Source of the DNA: an uncultured Pseudomonadota bacterium
Lineage (GTDB): Bacteria; UBA10199; GCA-002796325; 1-14-0-20-49-13
Direction of reading: 5' to 3'
Assembly (NCBI GenBank): GCA_964647545.1
Contig: CAZYHS010000006.1
Coordinates: 4,889 to 68,888, forward strand
Length of the DNA stretch: 64,000 nt
This document shows, piece after piece, positions 10,103-18,427 of this stretch. Position 1 is the stretch's first letter; the number at the start of each line of letters is the position of its first letter. The position numbers were made by a program, and so were the translations under genes. The notes beneath the pieces were generated by a model. The model saw only the letters and a program-made list of their open reading frames with translations. It made no database searches and had not been told where the DNA came from.

Positions 10103-13100
10103 TTAGGAAATCTCTTTTAGCCGCGAGCGCTTTTCGCTGGTGTTCGCCAGTTGTTCGGCCTCGCAGAAGTATTTTAGCCTTGAGGTTTCGTCTTTTGCGT
10201 CGGCGGCTATTTTAGCGCGGGTAAAGATGGCCCAAAACATCATGTCGGATGCGGCCGGTTTTTGGGCGAGTTTTAAGGCCTCAAAAACATGCTTTAAGGC
10301 CTCTTGGAAGTTCTTATCGCGTCTGTAAACGTCGGAGAGCTCAAGGTGGGCCTGACAGCGATAGAGATCGGCAAAACCGCCGCGCCCCCTTGTCTTTTCA
10401 AGAAAGGCCAGCGTTGCGACGAAATAGTCCTTGGCCTTTTTTAGTTCGCCCGAATCGGCGGCGATGATCCCCAGATTCATCACGCACACGATCGCCTGCT
10501 CGTCGCTACCGAGCCTGCGTGCGATATCGAGCGCGCGTTCGAAGTAGCCGGCCGCCTCTTCCAGCCTCCCTTGATCCGAAAATAGGGAGCCGATGCCGTT
10601 GTAGGCGCGGAAGAGATGGTCTAGGTCGTTGACGCTTTTTGCGTATTCGATGAGGACGATGAAATTATCGAAAGCGGCGTCGAAATCTTTTTTCAGCCGG
10701 TACGATTCCGCAAGGAGATACTGAGCCTTTGCGATCAGGCGGTTTTCGCGGGCGTCGCGGTAATTAATGATGTCGGCTTTGAGTCGTTCGATGGCCTGTT
10801 GATACAAGCCTCGCCTGAAATAACATTCGCCGAGGTTGTTATTTTTGACCTTGAGCTGTTCTTCACGCGAGAGCTTGCGTTCGGCAAGGGAGGCGGTTCG
10901 TTCATAGATGGCTATGGCAGATTCAAACCGGCCTGTGAAATAATCGACTTCGGCTAGAAAATTGTCGAGCCTTAGCCTGCTTGGAAGCGGGAGCTTGTCC
11001 GCGATTTGAATTGCCGCAAGAAAATGTCTGCGGGCCGCTTCGAACGAGTTCTTTTTAAGATGCGATATTCCGATGATCTCGAGAGCTCTCGATTCAAGGG
11101 TCGGGTCTCCGCATTTAACGACCTCTCCGGCAAGTCTTATGGCGAGATTCGGCTGCAGCGTTCTGTTGTAGAGCTTGGCGAGATCGAGCTTAATTCTGGG
11201 CTCGTTCCATCTTTCGAGATAGGCTCGGCAGCTTGAAATTGCGTGCCAGTTCAGCTGCCGCTGCGTTTGAGTTTCAATGAGTTTTTGCAGCGATATTTTT
11301 GCCTTCGCAGGGTCTTTGCCCCGTCCGCTGTGATGTAAAAGTTCTTCTTCGGTGGCGTTTCCGTTCTTGGCAAGGTAGCCGGCGACTATGTCGTGCAGCT
11401 CCATTTTCACCGCTTTGGGGACGAGGTCATAGACGGCTTTTGCGGTGAGCGGCTTGCGGAAAAACATTTCATTAACCGATGTGCCCGATGATGCAAATCC
11501 TGCGTTGAAAAGTTCTTCTCTGGCAAACGCCGGATTTTCGCGGCCGAACAGTTCGAAGAGGGCCTCTTCGTCGATAGGTCTGCCTGCGACCGCCATGAGA
11601 TAGGCCAGCTCTTTGGCCGGCGTTGAAAGTTCGTCAAAGCCCTCAAGTAGTTGCGATTTTGTCAGCTGCGAGAGGTCGAGGCGGCCGAGGTTCAGTTTAA
11701 TGTCTTCGAAAGTCGATTCTTTCCATCTTCCCATCGAATCGACAAGCTGTTTGGAGGCAACGAACGCGCGCGCAAGCTCGGAGACCAGCAGCGGGTTGCC
11801 GTGCGTATTCTGCCATATTTCGCCGGCGAAATCGTGCGGGAGCTTTTGGACGCCGGTCAACGTCGTTAGATATTTTGCAAGTTCATCGGCGGTGAAATCT
11901 TCGAGGGCTATCACAACGGTGTCGGGGGTTGCTATCGGGTATGGGAAAGTCGTCCATCTGTCTGATGTAAAAACGAGGAGCAGAGGGGCCGAAGTTCCAT
12001 CTTCATTTATTTTTTTGGCAATACTGCAGGCGCTCTCCCTGACCGCAATCCCCCAAAGTTCGTGATAGAGCCTGTCGAAATCGTCGATCGCCACAAGTGT
12101 AGGATGATTCCCGATTGAGCTTACGAACGTGCGCCACTCTCCGAGGATGGACGCGTCGCTAAGAAGACTTGTTTTCCATTCTTTTATCTGGGCGATGTTT
12201 TTAATTTCTCTAAGCAGGCGCGACTTGCCAGAGCCTCTTTCGCCGCGGATTATCACGACCGCCGATCTTTTCTCATCAAGAAGTTTGCCGACTGCGGCAA
12301 GTTGCAAATCTCTGCCGATAAAAGCAGAGTCGGTTGGAATATAGCTTTGCTGGGTCTCTTCGGTTTCGACTTCATAAGTGCGCTGCGATCGCAGTGAAAG
12401 GTCTTGGATGACCTCCGCAGCGGTTGCGTAGCGTTCAAGAGGATTTTTTTCCAGCAGCTTCATCACTACCGAGTCGAGATGGGGCGGAACAAAATTATTC
12501 AAAAGGCTCGGCGGGTCGGGGACGAGTTCGAGCTGTCTTTTTAACGTCTCTTCCATGTTGGCGGTTCGGAAAGGATTTTCGCCGGTGAGGGCCGCGTAGA
12601 AGAGAACTCCGAGAGAATAGAGGTCGCTTCTATTGTCGGGGTCGGCCCGCTTGATCATCTCCGGAGACATATAGCTGGGGGTGCCGGCGAGCTTTCCCTG
12701 AAAGCGCAGAGTTGCAAGTCCGAAGTCGATGAGCTTTATGGCGCAGCGGGCCTCGCCGCTTTCGAGCATGGCTTTGGAGCACATGCTGACCAGAACGTTC
12801 GCCGATTTAATATCGAAATGAAAGATCTTGTTTCCGTGGAGATATTCAAGAGCACGCAAAGCCTGAACAAAAAGTTCTTCGATCTTTTCGACGCTTAGAT
12901 TTCGGGCGGCTTGCAAAAATTCCTGTCCTTCGACCAGCTCGCTTGTGAAAAAGAACTGGCGGCTGGAGGTGTCCTGTTCAAAATCGTAAACTTTTGCGAT
13001 GTGCGGATGCGAAAGGTGGGTGAGCGTTTCGAATTCTTTTTTGAACTGATCGAGCGCGCCGGTTTTTCCGGAGAGCCATTTTAGATATTTTATCGCAATC

Positions 13101-13234
13101 GGCTGGTCTGTTTTGGAGAGATCTTTCGCGACGAAAACTTCGCCTGTGGCTCCTTTGCCGATAGGCCGGACAATTTCATAACGGCCGTTAATTACGGCGC
13201 CGGGGAGTGCGACTGTGAATGGCGAGTCCCCCAT
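10103..13234 (-). CDS. Ser/Thr protein kinase fused to AAA/STAND-like NTPase and TPR repeats (PknK/MalT-like regulator)
   Basis: N-terminal kinase: glycine loop IGKGATGEVFVA, VAIK lysine, catalytic loop FHFDIKSANVLV (non-RD variant), DFG then SPE. Middle region has a Walker A (GERGSGKSRLL). C-terminal third contains repeated TPR-like helices. Confidence 0.8.
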   Translation of the reverse strand: MGDSPFTVALPGAVINGRYEIVRPIGKGATGEVFVAKDLSKTDQPIAIKYLKWLSGKTGALDQFKKEFETLTHLSHPHIAKVYDFEQDTSSRQFFFTSELVEGQEFLQAARNLSVEKIEELFVQALRALEYLHGNKIFHFDIKSANVLVSMCSKAMLESGEARCAIKLIDFGLATLRFQGKLAGTPSYMSPEMIKRADPDNRSDLYSLGVLFYAALTGENPFRTANMEETLKRQLELVPDPPSLLNNFVPPHLDSVVMKLLEKNPLERYATAAEVIQDLSLRSQRTYEVETEETQQSYIPTDSAFIGRDLQLAAVGKLLDEKRSAVVIIRGERGSGKSRLLREIKNIAQIKEWKTSLLSDASILGEWRTFVSSIGNHPTLVAIDDFDRLYHELWGIAVRESACSIAKKINEDGTSAPLLLVFTSDRWTTFPYPIATPDTVVIALEDFTADELAKYLTTLTGVQKLPHDFAGEIWQNTHGNPLLVSELARAFVASKQLVDSMGRWKESTFEDIKLNLGRLDLSQLTKSQLLEGFDELSTPAKELAYLMAVAGRPIDEEALFELFGRENPAFAREELFNAGFASSGTSVNEMFFRKPLTAKAVYDLVPKAVKMELHDIVAGYLAKNGNATEEELLHHSGRGKDPAKAKISLQKLIETQTQRQLNWHAISSCRAYLERWNEPRIKLDLAKLYNRTLQPNLAIRLAGEVVKCGDPTLESRALEIIGISHLKKNSFEAARRHFLAAIQIADKLPLPSRLRLDNFLAEVDYFTGRFESAIAIYERTASLAERKLSREEQLKVKNNNLGECYFRRGLYQQAIERLKADIINYRDARENRLIAKAQYLLAESYRLKKDFDAAFDNFIVLIEYAKSVNDLDHLFRAYNGIGSLFSDQGRLEEAAGYFERALDIARRLGSDEQAIVCVMNLGIIAADSGELKKAKDYFVATLAFLEKTRGRGGFADLYRCQAHLELSDVYRRDKNFQEALKHVFEALKLAQKPAASDMMFWAIFTRAKIAADAKDETSRLKYFCEAEQLANTSEKRSRLKEIS

Positions 13235-13314
13235 AAGTGCTCGTGATTATACGGAATTTTTATCATCTGGCAACAGGTAAATAGTGAGGTCGTGAGAAGA
13301 GTGATGACGTGATT

Positions 13315-13809
13315 CTACTTCACATTCAACTTCGCAAGAGGGGAAGAGGCGACTTGGGCGTGGCAGATCGCCGCGGCGAGTGCGTCGCTTGCATCTTCAG
13401 CCGCGATCTCCGGAAGTTTCAAAAGAGCTTTCACCATCTGCGCGACTTGAATTTTTTCGGCGTTTCCGTACCCGACCACCGCCTGCTTAATGACGCGTGT
13501 GCTGTATTCGAAAACTTCCAAGTTTGCGCGAGACGCCGCAAGCAGCGCGACTCCGCGTGCGTGTCCGAGCACGAGGGCGCTCTTTGCGCTCTTGGCGACA
13601 AAGACCTCTTCGACCGATGCTGCGTTTGGTTTGAAACTGTCGATGACTTTCACCAGTTCGTTGAAGATGAACAAAAGCCTCGCCGCCAGAGGCAGTGAGG
13701 CTTTTGGAACTATCAGTCCGTTGTCTACGTGGCTAATCTTGTTTCCTTCTTTTTTGATTACGCCCCAGCCCGTTTTGTGGGTGCCGGGATCGATACCTAA
13801 GATGAGCAT
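13315..13809 (-). CDS. ruvC: crossover junction endodeoxyribonuclease RuvC
   Basis: MLILGIDPGTHKTGWGVI N-terminus and an RNase-H-like fold protein of 164 aa, the typical RuvC signature. Confidence 0.9.
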   Translation of the reverse strand: MLILGIDPGTHKTGWGVIKKEGNKISHVDNGLIVPKASLPLAARLLFIFNELVKVIDSFKPNAASVEEVFVAKSAKSALVLGHARGVALLAASRANLEVFEYSTRVIKQAVVGYGNAEKIQVAQMVKALLKLPEIAAEDASDALAAAICHAQVASSPLAKLNVK

Positions 13810-13848
13810 ATGTTAGTTCCGTTAAGTCGGTTAGTTCGGTTTGTTCGG

Positions 13849-14226
13849 TTAGGTCCGTCGGTTTTGTTGTGCCCGTAAATAACGAAGTAGGCCGTCAATT
13901 AACTTTCGACACTTCTTACATTGTTCGTACAAAGAGGCAAAGTCATTTTTTTCTAAATGTGCGATGTCCTTGAAAACATAAGCCAGAGATTGGACCTCGG
14001 AGGTGCTGCGTCTCGACATTTTTAAAAATCTAATAAATTCGGGGTTTGTTTGGCTTGCAAATCCTTCGGCTATGTTGCTCATGACCGAAACCGAAGCGCT
14101 GCTGATCTGGTCAACTAGTTTAAATGATGTTGAGTTAGACTTATTGATAAACGCATGCACTAAATTCACAAGCGTGCGAGCTTCTTTCCAGCATTCCAGA
14201 TCTTCAAATTTCTGAATGGTTGGCAT
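13849..14226 (-). CDS. four-helix-bundle protein (TIGR02436-like, '23S rRNA intervening-sequence protein' family)
   Basis: 125 aa. The N-terminal FEDLECWKEARTLV..., the SNIAEGF central motif and the overall length match this family as I recall it. It sits between ruvC and yebC, which are usually adjacent. Confidence 0.65.
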   Translation of the reverse strand: MPTIQKFEDLECWKEARTLVNLVHAFINKSNSTSFKLVDQISSASVSVMSNIAEGFASQTNPEFIRFLKMSRRSTSEVQSLAYVFKDIAHLEKNDFASLYEQCKKCRKLIDGLLRYLRAQQNRRT

Positions 14227-14257
14227 TGTGAAACTACCTTTGGAGGAAAATCAGGCG

Positions 14258-14296
14258 GCTAGGTCTGTTAAGTTCGTGAACAGAATTAACAGACCT
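14258..14296 (-). terminator. hairpin downstream of yebC (11-bp perfect stem AGGTCTGTTAA/TTAACAGACCT)
   Basis: The stem-loop lies inside the right repeat arm. On the minus strand it is followed by GCCGCCTGATTTTCC. This is a possible intrinsic terminator for yebC, but the U-tract is weak. Confidence 0.35.
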
Positions 14297-14322
14297 AACC
14301 GGACTAACGGAATAAACTGTTT

Positions 14323-15069
14323 TTAGGCTGAAAACTTTTCGATTTCAGACGAATCGATGTCGAAGTTTGCGAACACGTTCTGCACGTCGTCGTGATCTTC
14401 GAGCATGTCCATCAGCTTGAGCATCTTCTGCGCGTCGTCGCCGGTGAGCTTGATCTCGTTCTGAGGAACCATTTCGACGGCAGCTTCGATCGGTGTAAGA
14501 CCTGCGCCTGTGCATGCGGTTTTCACTGTTTCAAATGCTGAAGGGTCGGTGATGACGTCGAAACCGTCGCCCAAGTCTTTGATGTCTTCGGCGCCTGCTT
14601 CAAGAGCGACTTCCATAAGCTTTCCTTCGTCAACGTTCTTGTCGAAAGTAAGCACGCCTTTTTTGTTGAACATCCAAGCGACGCAGCCTGCTTCGCCGAG
14701 GTTACCGTTACCTTTGCTGATGAGGTGGCGAAGTTCGGCAACTGTGCGTTTGCTGTTGTCGGTAAGAACTTCGATGAGCATTGCGACTCCACCCGGACCG
14801 TAACCTTCGTATGTGATCTCTTCGTATGTCACGCCTTCGAGTTCGCCAGTACCGCGTTTGATGGCGCGGGTGATATTGTCGTTAGGCATGTTTGCTGCGC
14901 GTGCCTTTTCAACTACCGTGCGAAGTCTGGGGTTCTTATCGGTATCGCCGCCGCCCATTTTGGCAGCAACGGCAATTTCCTTGATGAACTTTGAGAATAA
15001 TTTACCACGCTTTGCGTCGGCGGCACCTTTTTTGTGTTTAATTGTCGCCCACTTGGAATGTCCTGACAT
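14323..15069 (-). CDS. yebC: YebC/PmpR family DNA-binding transcriptional regulator
   Basis: [28 protein letters not shown]-terminus and 248 aa length are diagnostic. Confidence 0.9.
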   Translation of the reverse strand: MSGHSKWATIKHKKGAADAKRGKLFSKFIKEIAVAAKMGGGDTDKNPRLRTVVEKARAANMPNDNITRAIKRGTGELEGVTYEEITYEGYGPGGVAMLIEVLTDNSKRTVAELRHLISKGNGNLGEAGCVAWMFNKKGVLTFDKNVDEGKLMEVALEAGAEDIKDLGDGFDVITDPSAFETVKTACTGAGLTPIEAAVEMVPQNEIKLTGDDAQKMLKLMDMLEDHDDVQNVFANFDIDSSEIEKFSA

Positions 15070-15317
15070 TTTGTCACCTCGTTATGAATCGTTTGACCAG
15101 AATATAAAATTATTTAACCGGAAAAATTCCGACCTTCGCTAAAACATTGAGGGTTTCAACGTGCGGGAGGGGCTAGCATACGAAACCCAAAATGCAAAGG
15201 AAAAAGTTAAGAAAAAAGATAAGTTAGCCCTAGACAATTATCCGGCTGGACGATAAAATCTGAAAAAGACGCATAATGACTTGATCTTTAGCCGCGGCGT
15301 GAACATGGAGGGGGTAT

Positions 15318-18300
15318 ATGCTTGGAATTGTTAAGTGTTTTATTGCTTGCGCGATTCTGTTTTTTTTCTCTTCCACCGGTTTCGCAGGAAATCCAAAAAT
15401 ATGCAATTTAGATACCGACTGCCCCCAGCCGCAGTGCACTTGTATCGAATTTCAGACCGGCAAATTTTGCTCCGGCATGCTTAGCGAGTCGAAAGATATC
15501 GACGCCGATTGTCTGTTGGATATTCAAGACAATTGCCCGAACAATTATAATCCCGAACAGATCGATACAGATAACGACGGGAGGGGTGACCTCTGCGACA
15601 ACTGTCCGAACTATCCAAATTCTGAACAAGCCGATTTCGATGCCGACGGTCGCGGCGACGATTGCGACAATTGCGTTTGGAACGCGAACCCGAATCAGGC
15701 AGATGCCGACAACGACGGTTTTGGCGATGCCTGCGAATGTAGTGACACCGAAAGTAACCCGTACATCTTCGGTGGGCTCGATGTTTGCACAAACGCCTCA
15801 ACTTTAAACGAGGTCGTTTGTTCGGTCTTAAACGGTAAAGCTATAAAAGATGCGATCGCGATTTCTTGCCCTAGCAATGTTTGCTCGAACGGAAAATGCG
15901 AGCTGGGGTCGCTTCCCGATCAAGACAACGACGGCAAGACCGACAACGTTGACAATTGCCCGACAGTTGCAAATCCCGACCAAGCCGATTCTGACGACGA
16001 TGGAATAGGTGACGCGTGCGATCCCGATAATCAACCGGTCCCCGAAGACGCTGACGGCGACGGCATTGTCAACACAGAGGATAATTGCCCGTTCAGCGTC
16101 AATCCCGACCAGAAAGATTCTAATAATAACGGCGTTGGCGATGCATGTGAAGAGGTCGACACAGGTGATCCCGAAGGGCCGGCCGACCCCACAATGAAGG
16201 AAGATAATTGCGACTACAAAGACGAGAAAACCATTCACTTGAACTCATGGAGCACGGCCAATCTTTACGCCGCAATAGTTGCCCCTTATCGCTATGTCGT
16301 TGCCGGTGAAGGCGGAAATATCGTTCAAAAATTTGGAGACAACGGCATCTGGACGAAAATGCCTAATCCTTGGAAATCAACCGGAATAACACCGATGGCA
16401 GGTCTTGCCGACAGAAGCGTCACCGACATTGCCGTGGCCTCATCGGAAGGAATAAATCTGTCGGTAGTTGTAACTACCGCATCGGGATGGCTTTTTCGCG
16501 GCGACTTTAGCGGTCAAAGCGACTTGACGTGGAAACCGGAAGGACCAAACGGCGCCGGAGATAAGAGCCCCTTTGCGCGCGCACTTTTTGGCGTCACAAA
16601 AGACGGACATAATTTGTGGGTCGTCGGCGCGGACGGCGCGATCTGGTCCAAATTCCGCACATGGCGCAAGCACGAACCGTTCAAAATGCAGGCCGCGCAA
16701 GGGGACGTTTATCCCTACTCGAAGATTGTTTTCCGCGACGTCGCCGCAAAGGACGGCGTTGTGTGGGTTGTCGGAGATAACGGCGTAGTTCTCAAGTTCG
16801 CGGACGGAGTCTGGCAGAAAATAACGCTCCCTGTCCCCGGCGTAGCATCAAACGCGGGCGATCTTAGAACTGTTTGGTTCGACGGCTCGCGCACGGTCAT
16901 CGGCGGCAATGCAGGCAAAATATATGTCAGCACGAACGGGGTGACGTTTGCGCAGGAGGCCGAGCTATCCGGCGTAGGCTCGGTCTTGAACATTTCGGGA
17001 GAAAACTACAACTCTCTTTATGCCGTCGGAACGAACAGCGCTCTCTACAAAAAGGGCGGCGCAGTTTGGGATAAGATCGGTCTTCCTTACCCGAACACTT
17101 TGACCGCCGCCGCGGTGCATGACGGCAAAATGCTGGCTGCGGGGATCAACGGCAGCATCTACAATTTTAAAAATGGCCAGCTTGAGGTCGAACAGCTTAA
17201 ACGCAACGACATCGCAGAGAAAGACTGGACAAAGAACGCGTGGCGCACTCTCTTCGAACTCAAATATGAGAAGAGCGGTGATTACGACGCCTACGTAGGC
17301 GGCGATGATCTGGCCGTCGCAAGAATTTATCGGGGCGATAACAAAGAAGACCTGTTTGACGTGATTTACAGCGATGAAAACCACCTGCCGTTTAGTGTCG
17401 CCACCGACATGTCGAAACAGCCGGCTTCACAGGGATCTGCTTTGTCAGTGGCCTCGAAGACCTTCGGCGCGTTTCAGAACTTCGCTCAAAGGGTTAAAAA
17501 CTTTGTCGGCAAGGGAGCCGGCGTCGCATCTTTTAGCGTTCCGGTCTTTGTTTTTGACTCGGGGCGGGATATCAACGACCTTTATGTCTCTTCCGGTTCG
17601 ACGATCTTCGCCGTTGGCCGCATTCCCTACGTTTTGAAGATCGCCAACGGAGAAATCGGCAAAATAAAGATTCCGCTGCCAAGTCAGGGATTAAGCGGAA
17701 TAGCCGATATGCGCACTGTTCGTAAGCTCTCCGATGACGAGCTTGTGGTTGCCGGGAATCTTGGCGCGTTCGCGCTTTCGTTCGACGATGCAATGACGAA
17801 GTTGCAGACGCAGCAAATCGAAAAGGTTCAAGTGGCCGACAGGTTTTTTTCCGGTGTTTATTTTATCGGGACGAACGGGTCTCTTTATGGAAGCGATTTT
17901 GCGCCGTTCGAACCGGAATATTTCAGCATCGACAAGGTCATGGTGCTGAAAAACACAGACGACGACACAAAGTACGGAAAGATATCATTCATCGGCGAGG
18001 TTGACGGCAAATCTTTTATGGCTGTTGCGAAGCAGGTTGGGTCGTGGAAGAGGGTCGAAGTCCCAAACGGAGCCAAGGCCCTTGGCGTCGAGCCGTTCTA
18101 TCATAAAATCTACCGCGATTACACGTGGCCTGCGCCGGATATCAAAAAGATCATTCATGGAGAAGTTGTCTATGGCGAGAAGGGGATGGTGAATGTTCGC
18201 TTCAACTATGGATGGAAGTCAGTCGATACGGGCAATCAAGATGGCTCGATCCCTGAAGATTTCTATGACGGTTTCTATTCGATGCAGAATCACGTCGATC

Positions 18301-18398
18301 TGACCGATAAAAAATTCGACATAGTCGCAGATGTTATCGCCGTTGGCGGTCACAACGACATCATAAAATCTCATTTTAAATATGAGTGCAAATTCTGA
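15318..18398 (+). CDS. large secreted protein with thrombospondin type-3 (TSP3) calcium-binding repeats and a C-terminal beta-propeller-like repeat domain
   Basis: Signal peptide MLGIVKCFIACAILFFFSSTGFA. Many DxDxDGxGDxCDNCP repeats (DTDNDGRGDLCDNCPN, DADGRGDDCDNCV, DADNDGFGDACE...). Later ~45-aa repeats of the form VWVVGDNG.V.KF.DG.W.KI. Confidence 0.7.
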   Translation: MLGIVKCFIACAILFFFSSTGFAGNPKICNLDTDCPQPQCTCIEFQTGKFCSGMLSESKDIDADCLLDIQDNCPNNYNPEQIDTDNDGRGDLCDNCPNYPNSEQADFDADGRGDDCDNCVWNANPNQADADNDGFGDACECSDTESNPYIFGGLDVCTNASTLNEVVCSVLNGKAIKDAIAISCPSNVCSNGKCELGSLPDQDNDGKTDNVDNCPTVANPDQADSDDDGIGDACDPDNQPVPEDADGDGIVNTEDNCPFSVNPDQKDSNNNGVGDACEEVDTGDPEGPADPTMKEDNCDYKDEKTIHLNSWSTANLYAAIVAPYRYVVAGEGGNIVQKFGDNGIWTKMPNPWKSTGITPMAGLADRSVTDIAVASSEGINLSVVVTTASGWLFRGDFSGQSDLTWKPEGPNGAGDKSPFARALFGVTKDGHNLWVVGADGAIWSKFRTWRKHEPFKMQAAQGDVYPYSKIVFRDVAAKDGVVWVVGDNGVVLKFADGVWQKITLPVPGVASNAGDLRTVWFDGSRTVIGGNAGKIYVSTNGVTFAQEAELSGVGSVLNISGENYNSLYAVGTNSALYKKGGAVWDKIGLPYPNTLTAAAVHDGKMLAAGINGSIYNFKNGQLEVEQLKRNDIAEKDWTKNAWRTLFELKYEKSGDYDAYVGGDDLAVARIYRGDNKEDLFDVIYSDENHLPFSVATDMSKQPASQGSALSVASKTFGAFQNFAQRVKNFVGKGAGVASFSVPVFVFDSGRDINDLYVSSGSTIFAVGRIPYVLKIANGEIGKIKIPLPSQGLSGIADMRTVRKLSDDELVVAGNLGAFALSFDDAMTKLQTQQIEKVQVADRFFSGVYFIGTNGSLYGSDFAPFEPEYFSIDKVMVLKNTDDDTKYGKISFIGEVDGKSFMAVAKQVGSWKRVEVPNGAKALGVEPFYHKIYRDYTWPAPDIKKIIHGEVVYGEKGMVNVRFNYGWKSVDTGNQDGSIPEDFYDGFYSMQNHVDLTDKKFDIVADVIAVGGHNDIIKSHFKYECKF

Positions 18399-18427
18399 GG
18401 CTCAAATATTTTTCGAGGAAGAGCGAT

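Larger units (their letters stand above)
13818..14312. mobile_element. putative MITE-like cassette carrying the four-helix-bundle gene, bounded by imperfect terminal inverted repeats
   Basis: Left end TTCCGTTAAGTCGGTTAG (13818-13835). Right end CTAACCGGACTAACGGAA (14295-14312), whose reverse complement is TTCCGTTAGTCCGGTTAG (about 16/18 identity). Both ends are embedded in GTTAGTTCGGTT/CGGTTAGGTC word arrays also found at 22274, 24531 and 28121. Confidence 0.4.

Noticed and set aside
13309-13816. Plus-strand ORFs of 129 and 108 aa
   Set aside because: They are antisense to ruvC.
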